From contig JADHYM010000004.1 of NCBI GenBank assembly GCA_016782445.1, positions 1 through 52,192 of the forward strand: a stretch of 52,192 nucleotides of DNA, read 5' to 3'. Origin of the DNA: Candidatus Omnitrophota bacterium (GTDB taxonomy: Bacteria; Omnitrophota; Gorgyraeia; JABMRN01; RBG-13-46-9). The notes under the pieces are model-generated. The model was not told where the DNA came from. It was given only the letters and a program-made list of their open reading frames with translations, and ran no database searches. Both the position numbers and the translations under genes were made by a program. Numbering within the stretch: the first letter of the stretch is position 1; each line of letters starts with the position of its first letter. Shown here one piece after another: positions 27,661 through 36,563 of this stretch.

Positions 27661-27900
27661 ATGGGTAAAATGGTATGCAAATGCGGTATAAAGCGAAAGA
27701 AGGGGTACCTCTATTTCGTCGGCAAGAACGGCTGCGCGTATGAGACAAAGATGGCACGCGGCGCGAAGAAAGGCGGCGGAAGAAAGATAGTGCACAAATG
27801 CAACATAAAGAGGAAAAAAGGACACCTCTATTATATCGATAAGAAAGGAAACGTCAGCGAGGCCAAGATGCAGCGTGGCGGTAAAAAGAAGAGAAGATAA
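27661..27900 (+). CDS. Small, very basic protein made of two tandem ~38-aa repeats
   Basis: Strong GGAGGTG RBS; IKRKKGYLYFVGKNG...KMARG / IKRKKGHLYYIDKKG...KMQRG. Confidence 0.85.
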   Translation: MGKMVCKCGIKRKKGYLYFVGKNGCAYETKMARGAKKGGGRKIVHKCNIKRKKGHLYYIDKKGNVSEAKMQRGGKKKRR

Positions 27901-27913
27901 TAATACAATAATT

Positions 27914-28039
27914 GTCTGTCGGTTGCGTTGATTGGTTGCGTCGCGCGAAACGTCGGTCGGTTGTGGTTGCGTGTTTTATTCACGCAACCGATCAACCCCA
28001 CTGATTCTCGCGACACAACCGCAACCGCAACCGATTGAC
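27914..28039. repeat. Long imperfect hairpin of GGTTGC/GCAACC repeats
   Basis: CGGTTGCG, GGTTGCG, CGGTTGTGGTTGCGTG on the left; CACGCAACCG, CAACCGCAACCGCAACCG on the right. Confidence 0.75.
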
Positions 28040-28047
28040 GATACTGC

Positions 28048-28767
28048 ATGTATTTAACCAAACAGAACTTCCTAATACAGGCGAAGTATGCTGGTTTTTG
28101 CGAAAACGAGGCGGGCTTAGAGGAATCTCTTCTGGGCTTTGGTGCGGAGCTATACATGCGCTCCTCGGCAATCGAGCAATACGATGCGGGTATTATTAAG
28201 CGCATACGGCTCTTTATCGAGAAAAACCGCCTTCCCTTGCAGCTCCACGCCCCGATCGTACCGCTCGATTACTCCCTATACGAAAAAGTAGTGCGTTTGT
28301 GCAAAGAACTTAATATTAATACAATCGTTTCTCACAGAGAGGCAAGCGATGACGTTTTTTTATGGAAGGAAATATCTTTGCTTCTTGCGCGGAGCGGATT
28401 GCGTGTGAATCTTGAGAACCACTGCGAGGGATATCCGGATTCTATAGTTGAACTTTATAAAAGAATAAATTTAGAAAATGTCGGACTATGCATTGATCCC
28501 GGCCACGTAAATGTTTTTGGTAAGATCGGGATACTTGAATGGCTTGAAAAGTACCCACAAGGCGCACTTCGTGAAGTGCATCTTGCGGATAACGAAGGAG
28601 ACCGTGATACACACCTTCCTCTCGGAAGAGGGAACATTGACATAAAAGCGGTTTTCAAAGCCCTCGAGAAAAGAAACGAAAAAATAGTATTTGTTCTCGA
28701 ACCGAAAAAAAAGATAGAGGCAAAAGAAAGCCTTATTTTTTTGAGGAAAAACGGCTTTTTGGGATAA
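28048..28767 (+). CDS. Sugar phosphate isomerase/epimerase / AP-endonuclease-2 TIM barrel protein
   Basis: LHAP, LEN, CIDPGH, HLADNEG..DTHLPLGRG, LE metal motifs. Confidence 0.85.
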   Translation: MYLTKQNFLIQAKYAGFCENEAGLEESLLGFGAELYMRSSAIEQYDAGIIKRIRLFIEKNRLPLQLHAPIVPLDYSLYEKVVRLCKELNINTIVSHREASDDVFLWKEISLLLARSGLRVNLENHCEGYPDSIVELYKRINLENVGLCIDPGHVNVFGKIGILEWLEKYPQGALREVHLADNEGDRDTHLPLGRGNIDIKAVFKALEKRNEKIVFVLEPKKKIEAKESLIFLRKNGFLG

Positions 28768-28771
28768 TGCG

Positions 28772-29416
28772 ATGAAGAACAAGCAAAAACTTCTCGCTAT
28801 ATACTCGAAGCTTTATGCGCGTTTCGGGCCGAGAAAGTGGTGGCCCGCTGAGACGGATTTTGAGGTCATGGTAGGCGCGATACTTACGCAGAACACTGCC
28901 TGGGCAAATGTCGAGAAAGCCATACTGAATATTAAAAAGGAAAAAGCGCTTTCTCCCAAAAGCTTTCGTGATATTTCTCTTGGCCGGCTCAAGCGTCTTA
29001 TACGGCCCTCGGGTTTCTACAACGAGAAGGCGAAAAAACTTAAAAGTTTTACGAATTTTCTTTTTAGCTCCTGCAAGGGGAGGATGGACAGGCTAAAGCT
29101 TAAAAACACCCGTTTCTTGCGCAAGAGGCTTCTTGAAATAAACGGGATTGGCCCTGAAACGGCCGATAGCATGCTTCTCTACGCTTTGGGCAAGCCTGTT
29201 TTTGTCGTCGATGCATACACGAAAAGGATTTTTTCAAGGCACGGAATGATAAAAAAATACGCCTCATACGGCGAGGTGCAGGATTTTTTCATGAATAATC
29301 TCCCGACTAAAAGAGCCCTCTACAACGAGTATCACGCGCTCATCGTGGAGCTTGGCAAGCGTTACTGCAAGAAAACAAAACCTCTTTGTAACAGTTGCCC
29401 TTTAAAAGATTTGTGA
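28772..29416 (+). CDS. Endonuclease III-related HhH-GPD glycosylase
   Basis: WWPAET, GAILTQNTAW, GIGPETADS, VVDAYT, HALIV, C-x6-C-x2-C. Confidence 0.92.
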   Translation: MKNKQKLLAIYSKLYARFGPRKWWPAETDFEVMVGAILTQNTAWANVEKAILNIKKEKALSPKSFRDISLGRLKRLIRPSGFYNEKAKKLKSFTNFLFSSCKGRMDRLKLKNTRFLRKRLLEINGIGPETADSMLLYALGKPVFVVDAYTKRIFSRHGMIKKYASYGEVQDFFMNNLPTKRALYNEYHALIVELGKRYCKKTKPLCNSCPLKDL

Positions 29417-29422
29417 TATAAT
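29414..29422 (+). promoter_or_regulatory. Extended -10 promoter element
   Basis: TG-A-TATAAT at 29414-29422; weak TTGCCC 16 bp upstream. Confidence 0.5.
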
Positions 29423-29427
29423 ATTGT

Positions 29428-29458
29428 AAGCTGTAGGCTTTAAGCTATAAGCTGTAAG
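29428..29458 (+). repeat. AAGCT(G/A)T heptamer array (same family as the argH arms)
   Basis: AAGCTGT AGGCTTT AAGCTAT AAGCTGT AAG. Confidence 0.75.
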
Positions 29459-29481
29459 AATCGAAAAATTGGAGGTGTGAA

Positions 29482-29772
29482 ATGATATTTGGATTATTCA
29501 GAAAGAGAAGAACCACAGAAGAGCTCGGAGAATCTATCGGAGAGATAACGCATTTTTTTCCACACGTAAAGGCCGCGGTCATAAAGATTAAAAAAGGCGA
29601 CGTTGCCGTAGGGGACACGCTCTACATTAAAGGGCATACTACGGATTTTGAGCAGAAGGTAAAGAGCATGCAGGCAAACCACGCACCTATCGAAAAGGCA
29701 TCCAAGGGCCAGGAGATAGGGATGAAGGTTAAATCAAAAGTAAGGCACGGGGATAAGGTATATAAGATATAG
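29482..29772 (+). CDS. Translation-elongation-factor-like beta-barrel protein (U32 peptidase C-terminal-like)
   Basis: IGEITHFF...VGDTLYIKGHTTDFEQKVKSMQ...GMKV..KVRHGDKVYK; GGAGGTG RBS. Confidence 0.8.
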   Translation: MIFGLFRKRRTTEELGESIGEITHFFPHVKAAVIKIKKGDVAVGDTLYIKGHTTDFEQKVKSMQANHAPIEKASKGQEIGMKVKSKVRHGDKVYKI

Positions 29773-29776
29773 AATT

Positions 29777-29797
29777 CAGAAGACAGACGACAGAAGA
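29777..29797 (+). repeat. Three CAGA(A/C)GA heptamers (orphan arm)
   Basis: CAGAAGA CAGACGA CAGAAGA. Confidence 0.6.
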
Positions 29798-29814
29798 GAT
29801 AAGAGAGACGAGAG

Positions 29815-30090
29815 ATGAATAATAGAATATACAGGAAGATGCTTTTAGGACTCGGATTCGACTGCAAGGACGGGCACGTGCGTATGACGAAGGGGAAGAA
29901 CTTTTGCCTTTACGGGGGTTCTAATGAAACTCACGAGCTTATGCAGGAAAAGGCGGTAAAGTTCAACGAGCACCTCACTAAAAAGCATAAGACGCTCGAC
30001 AGCATAACGAAAAAGGAATTTGCGGATATATCGCGAAAGATCGGCCTCAAGATCCAGGACGACCCCAAGGCCGCAAAAGACGAACTCTAA
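29815..30090 (+). CDS. Conserved hypothetical protein
   Basis: LLGLGFD..DGHVRMTKGKNF.LYGGS.ETHE.MQE resembles a small family recalled from PVC bacteria; function unknown. Confidence 0.75.
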   Translation: MNNRIYRKMLLGLGFDCKDGHVRMTKGKNFCLYGGSNETHELMQEKAVKFNEHLTKKHKTLDSITKKEFADISRKIGLKIQDDPKAAKDEL

Positions 30091-30129
30091 CCGTTCGATA
30101 CTTACACAAACTAACAAAAGGAGGAGAAA

Positions 30130-30312
30130 ATGGCGAAAATAACAGTTGACGCAAGTTTATGTACGGGTTGTGGGTTATGCGTATCGCTCTGTCCCGGCGC
30201 GTTCGAGGTTGGCGACGATAATATTGCGAAGGTAATCGGCGCGGACTGCGGTGATCAGAATGTGAACGACATAGCGAGCCAGTGCCCGGTCGAGGCGATC
30301 AAAGTTGGCTGA
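30130..30312 (+). CDS. Monocluster [4Fe-4S] ferredoxin
   Basis: CTGCGLCVSLCP...CPVEAI; GGAGGAG RBS. Confidence 0.92.
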   Translation: MAKITVDASLCTGCGLCVSLCPGAFEVGDDNIAKVIGADCGDQNVNDIASQCPVEAIKVG

Positions 30313-31087
30313 TTTTCAAAAAGCGCATAAGCAAGTAGCGATCGAAGCAGCGTTAAAAGCGGGAGCTTATATAAAACGGAATGTAGGAAAACATTTAAGC
30401 GTTCGCTACAAGGGAGAGATAAACGTTGTCACGCATGTCGATAAGAACGCCGAGCGCATCATTGTCGAGAGAATAAAAAAATCTTTTCCTTGCCACGCCA
30501 TTCTGGCGGAGGAAAAAAATTACGCCAAGGTCCAGTCAGACTTCAAATGGATCATTGACCCCCTTGACGGCACGACCAATTTTCTCCATGGCTTTCCTTT
30601 TTTCTGCGTGTCAGTCGCGCTCTTTCATAAGGAAAAGCCTTTGTTCGGGGTTGTCTATGATCCCGAAAAAAACGAGCTTTTTACGGGAGAATGCGGCAAG
30701 GGCGCTTATTTAAACCGCAAGAGGATCGGTGTTTCAAAGATACGAGAACTAAAAAAATCAATGCTCGTGACAGGCTTTGCCTACAACGTAAAAAGCGCGA
30801 GAAACAACAATATCGAAAACTTTACGAGATTTCTAAAAGCCTCCCAGGCTGTAAGGCGGGCGGGATCAGCAGCGCTGGATCTCTGCTATGTGGCCTGCGG
30901 GAGATTTGATGGCTTTTGGGAACTCTATCTGAATCCATGGGACATGGCGGCCGGCGCACTCATTCTCGAAGAGGCCGGCGGCAAAATTACACAATTCGAC
31001 GGCTCGCCATTCACGGTTTACGATAAAGAACTCCTCGCCTCCAACTCCAAACTCCACTCCCAAATGATTAGGGTCCTCCAACGTTAA
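30305..31087 (+). CDS. suhB: Inositol monophosphatase family protein
   Basis: WIIDPLDGTTNF, GSAALDLCYVACGRFDGFWE..LNPWDMAAG. Confidence 0.93.
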   Translation: MADFQKAHKQVAIEAALKAGAYIKRNVGKHLSVRYKGEINVVTHVDKNAERIIVERIKKSFPCHAILAEEKNYAKVQSDFKWIIDPLDGTTNFLHGFPFFCVSVALFHKEKPLFGVVYDPEKNELFTGECGKGAYLNRKRIGVSKIRELKKSMLVTGFAYNVKSARNNNIENFTRFLKASQAVRRAGSAALDLCYVACGRFDGFWELYLNPWDMAAGALILEEAGGKITQFDGSPFTVYDKELLASNSKLHSQMIRVLQR

Positions 31088-31092
31088 TACGC

Positions 31093-31176
31093 GTATCGAA
31101 ACGCTTTCGATCCAAAATGGAAAGTGTACCCTTTATGGGTACACTTTCCCGTTTGGAACCGAAAGCGTTTCGATGC
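31093..31176. repeat. ~84-nt near-perfect hairpin after suhB
   Basis: GTATCGAAACGCTTTCG..CCAAA.TGGAAAGTGTACCC-ttat-GGGTACACTTTCC..TTTGG..CGAAAGCGTTTCGATGC. Confidence 0.85.
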
Positions 31177-31316
31177 ACTGTTCGAGTATCAAGTCGCCAG
31201 AAGGATGTCCGCTTTCAGTTCGCGCTAGTTTATCACCTGAATCAAGCAATATCAGTGTACAGCGTAGGTGAACAACTTATTTAAGTTAGTAATCAAAAAA
31301 GTAAGATACATTGTTG

Positions 31317-31345
31317 TTGACTTCCTGTTACATTTCTGTTACAAT
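31317..31345 (+). promoter_or_regulatory. sigma70-type promoter with overlapping CTGTTACA direct repeat
   Basis: TTGACT(31317)-17 bp-TACAAT(31340); CTGTTACA at 31325 and 31336. Confidence 0.65.
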
Positions 31346-31404
31346 TAAAACAATAAAAAGTTAAAGGTTCCTTGTTAGCTTATTAAAAAGAGAGGAGATC
31401 CCGG

Positions 31405-31548
31405 ATGCAGTATAAGACAGTGATCGAAATCGTCTGCGAAGCGAATAACGATCACGAGGCGCTTGATATAGCCGGCGAATTTCTAAAAGGAGATCTCGAA
31501 GCAGGCATCCAAATGCAATGCTTCGCGAAACCACTCGAGCAGCAGTGA
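31405..31548 (+). CDS. 47-aa small acidic protein (not in ORF track)
   Basis: AGGAG RBS; MQYKTVIEIVCEANNDHEALDIAGEFLKGDLEAGIQMQCFAKPLEQQ; own promoter upstream and hairpins downstream. Confidence 0.7.
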   Translation: MQYKTVIEIVCEANNDHEALDIAGEFLKGDLEAGIQMQCFAKPLEQQ

Positions 31549-31606
31549 ATTAACAGCGCGTGAATAACAAAGAAGGGGTAGTGTAACAAACTACCTTCCT
31601 TAGCCC

Positions 31607-31674
31607 TAACCCCGCCCTTTTGGGGAACGGATAAAAACAAAGTTTTTATTACGTTTGTCAAAAGGGCGGGGTTA
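31607..31674. terminator. GC-rich hairpin, possible terminator or REP-like element
   Basis: TAACCCCGCCCTTTTG...CAAAAGGGCGGGGTTA followed by TTT. Confidence 0.55.
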
Positions 31675-31800
31675 TTTCCAGCCAGAGATAATGATCCTTC
31701 AGCTTTGCTCAGGCTTATTTCCGCTAGTTCAGCTATCGGAAATAATTTGCATTATGGCTTTCTCGTGATATACTAGTATAAAATAAATGGAGGTGGGTTT

Positions 31801-32175
31801 ATGGGATTTATATGCAGGATGTTTTTATATGTATTGAGTATATTATGGATCGTGGCGGGCACGCTTATGATATTCGCGCCCGAGGTGATAAGGAAAAAAG
31901 TTATTCCAAAAATAAAGGATTTACCCCTTAAGAAAATCGGTATTATTCCGATAGCAATCGGCGTATTTATTATTCTCTCGGCCCAGTTTAACAGGCACAC
32001 GCTGTTCGTGGTTATCCTGGGAATTCTTGCTATAGCCAAAGGCGTTTTTGCGATAGCGGCAACCGAAAAATTCGCAAAATGGCAGAATAAATTACTGCAG
32101 GCAAAAATGAACACCTATCGCATTATGGGGGGTGTCATAATTATACTCGGCTCGATCGTATTAATGGGCGTCTAA
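31801..32175 (+). CDS. Small 4-TM membrane protein of unknown function
   Basis: GGAGGTG RBS; four hydrophobic segments. Confidence 0.75.
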   Translation: MGFICRMFLYVLSILWIVAGTLMIFAPEVIRKKVIPKIKDLPLKKIGIIPIAIGVFIILSAQFNRHTLFVVILGILAIAKGVFAIAATEKFAKWQNKLLQAKMNTYRIMGGVIIILGSIVLMGV

Positions 32176-32199
32176 AGACGCGAATTATCGCGAATATTA

Positions 32200-33639
32200 G
32201 TGCTGGTAAAAGAAGATCCTTCGACTATTCAATCCTACCTTGAGGATTCCTCCAACACGCCCGGTGGGCATGCGGATAAAATCATAATTCCGGAAAACAT
32301 AGATGAGGCATCTGCCGCGTTTAAAAAAGCCTACGCCGATAAAACGCCGGTTACTGTTTCGGGCGCCGGCACCGGCCAGGCCGGGGGCAGGATTCCGTTT
32401 GGCGGAATAGTCATTTCAACCGAAAAACTCACCAAAATAAAAAAAATTGAGAAAATAGGAGAAAAAGGTTACGCCATCGTAGAAGCGGGCGTTCTCATAA
32501 AGGATCTCAAAGCCTCGTGCGAGCGTAAGAGGCTTTTTTATACCTATGACCCTACCGAGCAAACCGCTTTTGCCGGGGGCACAATCGCCACGAACGCTTC
32601 CGGCGCGCGATCATTTCGCTATGGCTCGACCAGGAAGTATGTTCTCGAGCTCACGCTCATCTTAGCTGATGGGGAAGTGTTTCATCTTAAAAGGGGAGAT
32701 GTAAAGGCAAAGGCCGGGACGATAAAATTCAAAACAGGTAAAAAAGATTACGAAATCCGGTTACCGACATATAAAATGCCGCCCACTAAAAATTCCGCCG
32801 GCTATTATGCAAAAGACGACATGGACCTCATAGACCTTTTTATAGGCCAGGAAGGGACGCTCGGGACTATTGCGGAGGCAAAACTCGGGCTCATAAAAAT
32901 GCCCAAAGAATTTTTAACCATGTTTGTATTTTTTAAAAATGAGGAAAAAGCCCTGAAATTTACGCGGGATGCCCGGAAAGCGCGGCCGGCCGCTATAGAG
33001 TATTTCGACAAAAACACGCTCGCTCTTTTGAGCGAAAAATACCCGAATGTGCCGAAAGACCGAGAAGCCGCGATATTTTTTGAGGATGAAATAAGCACTA
33101 CAGAAGACAAGGCAGTCGAGAAATGGGAAAAGATATTTTCGCGAGGCGGCATTTCCCTGGATGATACTCAGGTGGCGATGAGTGAAAAAACGCGCCGGGA
33201 GTTCATGGAAAAAAGGCAGTTTATTCCGGAAAGAATGAGCGAAATGGCGAAACATTCGGGCTTTCCCAAGGTTTCAACGGACCTGGCCGTGCCGGAAAAC
33301 AAAAACGAGGAAATGCTGCGGCATTATCGCGAAACGCTTAAGCTCGCGCCTTTTTTGTATTTTATATTCGGGCACATCGGGGATTCGCATATGCACGTGA
33401 ACATGCTGCCCGGAAGTAAAAAAGAATACGACGTTGCCCGGAGGATGCAGCTCGATTTCGTTAAAAAATCTGTTTCTTTGGGCGGTACGGTATCGGCTGA
33501 GCATGGAATCGGAAAGGCGAAAAAAGATTTTCTTAAGCTTCTCTATGGGGAAAAAGGCATTAGAGAAATGATAAGAGTGAAATGCGCGCTCGATGCGAAA
33601 CTAATCCTGGGCAGGGGTAATATATTCGATTTTTTCTAA
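32200..33639 (+). CDS. FAD-binding oxidoreductase (GlcD/D-lactate dehydrogenase family)
   Basis: GAGTG, GGTIATNASG, IGQEGTLG, FGHIGDSHMH, SAEHGIGK. Confidence 0.9.
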   Translation: MLVKEDPSTIQSYLEDSSNTPGGHADKIIIPENIDEASAAFKKAYADKTPVTVSGAGTGQAGGRIPFGGIVISTEKLTKIKKIEKIGEKGYAIVEAGVLIKDLKASCERKRLFYTYDPTEQTAFAGGTIATNASGARSFRYGSTRKYVLELTLILADGEVFHLKRGDVKAKAGTIKFKTGKKDYEIRLPTYKMPPTKNSAGYYAKDDMDLIDLFIGQEGTLGTIAEAKLGLIKMPKEFLTMFVFFKNEEKALKFTRDARKARPAAIEYFDKNTLALLSEKYPNVPKDREAAIFFEDEISTTEDKAVEKWEKIFSRGGISLDDTQVAMSEKTRREFMEKRQFIPERMSEMAKHSGFPKVSTDLAVPENKNEEMLRHYRETLKLAPFLYFIFGHIGDSHMHVNMLPGSKKEYDVARRMQLDFVKKSVSLGGTVSAEHGIGKAKKDFLKLLYGEKGIREMIRVKCALDAKLILGRGNIFDFF

Positions 33640-34476
33640 CTTCGCGGTAACCTCGCCGAGCCACGGAATAAGCTCAAGTACCTGCATTTTTATCAGAAGT
33701 AAGATCCGGTTAGGCTCCTGGCTAACGTAACCCTTTACGCTAACGCGGTTTTCGTACTCGCCTTTTTGTTTTACGTACGGCTCCACCAAAAAAGCGTCAA
33801 ACTTTCCCATTTGAGGCACTGTTATTTTCGCTTCCTTGATAACAGTGCCGCCTATCTCATAATTCTTTTCGCTTGCGTTTATACCAAGGACAATATGCTC
33901 GTCTGGGTTAAGCGGAAGCGTCCTGAAATAATATGATGCGCACACAGGGTCGCGGGCGCCGGGACGAAGCGCTGACTTTTTTATGCTGCCGTCTGTCAGA
34001 TTCTGGTAAGTAGCTATTCTATTATCCCAGTCATAGTCTACAACGAGGTCCTTCTTATATCCCCCCTCGCGCAGCGATACCTCGAAGCACCTGCTCTCGA
34101 GGGTTTCAGTATCCATATAACTTATAAAAGAGTCTCTAATTTTAAATATCGCCGAAAGAAAATCATTCGTTCCGGCCCTTACCACGATTTTGTACACCTC
34201 GTAGCCTTTATACGTAGTTATCGCCTCCACTGTCGAGGTTGCCTCGCCTATGGGGATTCCCTGCCACGCTATAACGTAAGTAAAACGTTCACCGACCTTA
34301 AATGCGTAATCTTTCGGGGCCTTAGGTGCTTTCTCTAATGGGGGTGTTTGCGCGGGAATGGGCGTTTGTAGCGCCGGCCGAGCGATCGATGTCTCGGGTG
34401 CGGGCCTTACAAGACGCAAATATACTACGCTACCGGTGAGTATAAGCGCTATAATTATGATATATGCTCGTTTCAT
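33601..34476 (-). CDS. DUF3108-like membrane-anchored/exported protein
   Basis: N-terminal anchor, Pro-rich linker, FKVGERFTY..WQGIPIG, FKIRD...SY, DP. Confidence 0.75.
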   Translation of the reverse strand: MKRAYIIIIALILTGSVVYLRLVRPAPETSIARPALQTPIPAQTPPLEKAPKAPKDYAFKVGERFTYVIAWQGIPIGEATSTVEAITTYKGYEVYKIVVRAGTNDFLSAIFKIRDSFISYMDTETLESRCFEVSLREGGYKKDLVVDYDWDNRIATYQNLTDGSIKKSALRPGARDPVCASYYFRTLPLNPDEHIVLGINASEKNYEIGGTVIKEAKITVPQMGKFDAFLVEPYVKQKGEYENRVSVKGYVSQEPNRILLLIKMQVLELIPWLGEVTAKLEKIEYITPAQD

Positions 34477-34537
34477 AACCTACATATGATAACTTAGAAA
34501 CGCGAAAATGTAAAACAAAAATCGCGAGAGGTTTTGC

Positions 34538-34566
34538 TTGAGAAGTAGTTTGTTTAGGTGTAGAAT
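34538..34566 (+). promoter_or_regulatory. sigma70-type promoter of the histidine kinase operon
   Basis: TTGAGA(34538)-17 bp-TAGAAT(34561); AAGGAG RBS follows. Confidence 0.6.
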
Positions 34567-34589
34567 ATTGAGCAAATTAAGGAGATATA

Positions 34590-36563
34590 ATGAATATAAG
34601 ATCCAAAATTACAGGGATATTAGTAGTATCCTCGCTTATCCTGATAGCAATAGGCGTGGGCGTAGGGTACTTTTGGGGCTTTGATTTATTGCGTAATACA
34701 ATAGGTGAGAATCAGACAAAAATTGCGAAACTGACAACCGGTGCTATTGAAAGAATTATAAATGAAGAGATAGCGGATATAGAGCTATACATATCTCATT
34801 CGTTGAGAATAGAAGAGGTTGAAAAGGCTAACGCTACATACGAGAAAAGAGACAGAGATTCCATCAATCAATATTTTACCCAAATAGATAAAGAATGGGC
34901 CCTTGCCACAGAAAATAATCCTCTGATAAAAGAATATTTAGATACCTTGGCCAGCAAGAGGTTGAGAGCGATCGTGGGAATGGATACGGGCATAAGCGAA
35001 ATATTTCTAACTGACAAGTTTGGCGGACTGGTAGCCTCATCGGGTAAAACGAGCGATTTTTATCAGGCAGACGAAAAATGGTGGCAAGAGGCTTTTGCCG
35101 GCGGGCAAGGCAAAGTTTCAATTCAGGATATTGAATTTGATGAATCGAGTAAGGTCCTAAGTCTTCCTATAGCGTCCCCTATAAGAAATCACCTGGGAAA
35201 AGTAATAGGTGTTTGCAAGGCCGTATTGGATGTCAACAGGTTATTCGAACCCTTAGAAGCTGTTAGGATAGGAAAAACAGGGCACTCTTCTTTGCTGGAC
35301 GGAAAAGGCTATGTTTTATTCCATGAGGGGATTAAGCCGTTAAGAGAGAAGCTTTTCGGCGAGAAGGACTTTAAAAAACTCAAAGATACAAAAAAAGATG
35401 GGTGGATTGTCACGCAGAGCTTTTTAGAACCAGGAGTGCAGCAGCTTATTTCCTATGCTTTGGTTGAGTACCCAATGCTTTTACAAAAAGGTATGTACTG
35501 GAGAGTTTGTATAGCGCAGGAAGCAAAGGAAGTATTTCTTCCTTTGAAGCGTTTGATGGGACAGCTTTTGGCGCTTATTCTTGTTTTGTTAGCTGTGCTG
35601 TTAGTCCTGGCATACATTTTTAGCGGAATATTCGTAAAGCCGATAAAGAGACTTCAGGAGGGTGTGGAACGCATTGGCGACGGAGACCTGGATTATCAGG
35701 TAAAAATAAAAACAGGCGATGAGATCGAAGAGTTCGCAGATTCCTTTAATAATATGGTGGGCAATCTTAAAAAAACCACAACCTCTATAAATTCGCTTAA
35801 TAAAGAAATAGAGAACCGCGAAAAAGTAGAGATGGCGCTGGTAGTGGCGAAAAGAGAGATTGCGGAAGCCGCGGAAATAAAGACGAAGTTTGCGTCGATA
35901 GCGTCGCATGAGGTAAGGGGAGCGCTTGCTAATGTCTACGAAAGCCTCAAATTGGTTCTGGACGGGCTGACAGGGAAGTTGAATGACAAGCAAAGACATT
36001 TTCTCAATATGGCGAAGGAGGAGCTGAGCCGCATAAACCGGCTTACCAGCGATATATTGGATTTCCAAAAATTCGTATCCGGTAAAATGAAATTCAATTT
36101 TCAGAAAAATAATATAAACACAGCAGTAAAAGAAATTCACAAAACCATACACTCTTTAGCAGAGCAAAAGGGGTTGTATTTTAAGTTAAACCTCAAGAAA
36201 GATATGCCGGACAGCGAGTTTGATAAGGATAAAATAATACAGGTGCTGGTTAATCTGATCAATAACGCTGTCAAGTTTACCAAAAAAGGAGGCATTACTC
36301 TTAGCACTGCGAGTGAAGGAAATTTTATACAGGTAACAGTTCAAGATACCGGTTATGGCATAAAGAAAGAAGACCTTCCTGAATTATTCAAAACCTTTAT
36401 GCAACTTAAAACCACAAAGGAAAAAGGAACGGGCCTCGGGCTTTCCATTTGCAAGGAAATCACAGACGGGCACAAGGGCAAGATCTGGGCAGAATCAGAT
36501 TTTGGTAAAGGATCTGCCTTTCATTTTATCCTGCCTGTAAAAGAAAGAAGATCGGCGGCGTAG
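34590..36563 (+). CDS. Sensor histidine kinase (TM-Cache-TM-HAMP-HisKA-HATPase)
   Basis: DFYQADEKWW Cache motif, HAMP (PIKRL...GDEIEEFADSFN), H-box ASHEVR, NLINNAVKFT, DTGYGI, GTGLGL. Confidence 0.95.
   Translation: MNIRSKITGILVVSSLILIAIGVGVGYFWGFDLLRNTIGENQTKIAKLTTGAIERIINEEIADIELYISHSLRIEEVEKANATYEKRDRDSINQYFTQIDKEWALATENNPLIKEYLDTLASKRLRAIVGMDTGISEIFLTDKFGGLVASSGKTSDFYQADEKWWQEAFAGGQGKVSIQDIEFDESSKVLSLPIASPIRNHLGKVIGVCKAVLDVNRLFEPLEAVRIGKTGHSSLLDGKGYVLFHEGIKPLREKLFGEKDFKKLKDTKKDGWIVTQSFLEPGVQQLISYALVEYPMLLQKGMYWRVCIAQEAKEVFLPLKRLMGQLLALILVLLAVLLVLAYIFSGIFVKPIKRLQEGVERIGDGDLDYQVKIKTGDEIEEFADSFNNMVGNLKKTTTSINSLNKEIENREKVEMALVVAKREIAEAAEIKTKFASIASHEVRGALANVYESLKLVLDGLTGKLNDKQRHFLNMAKEELSRINRLTSDILDFQKFVSGKMKFNFQKNNINTAVKEIHKTIHSLAEQKGLYFKLNLKKDMPDSEFDKDKIIQVLVNLINNAVKFTKKGGITLSTASEGNFIQVTVQDTGYGIKKEDLPELFKTFMQLKTTKEKGTGLGLSICKEITDGHKGKIWAESDFGKGSAFHFILPVKERRSAA

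Noticed and set aside
31546-31602. TGA readthrough (selenocysteine) of the small ORF because hairpins follow
   Set aside because: A second in-frame TGA follows after four codons, there is no redox motif context, and no convincing SECIS.
33601-33639. 39-nt convergent overlap of the FAD oxidoreductase and DUF3108 genes
   Set aside because: Short 3' overlaps are common and both C-termini look ordinary.
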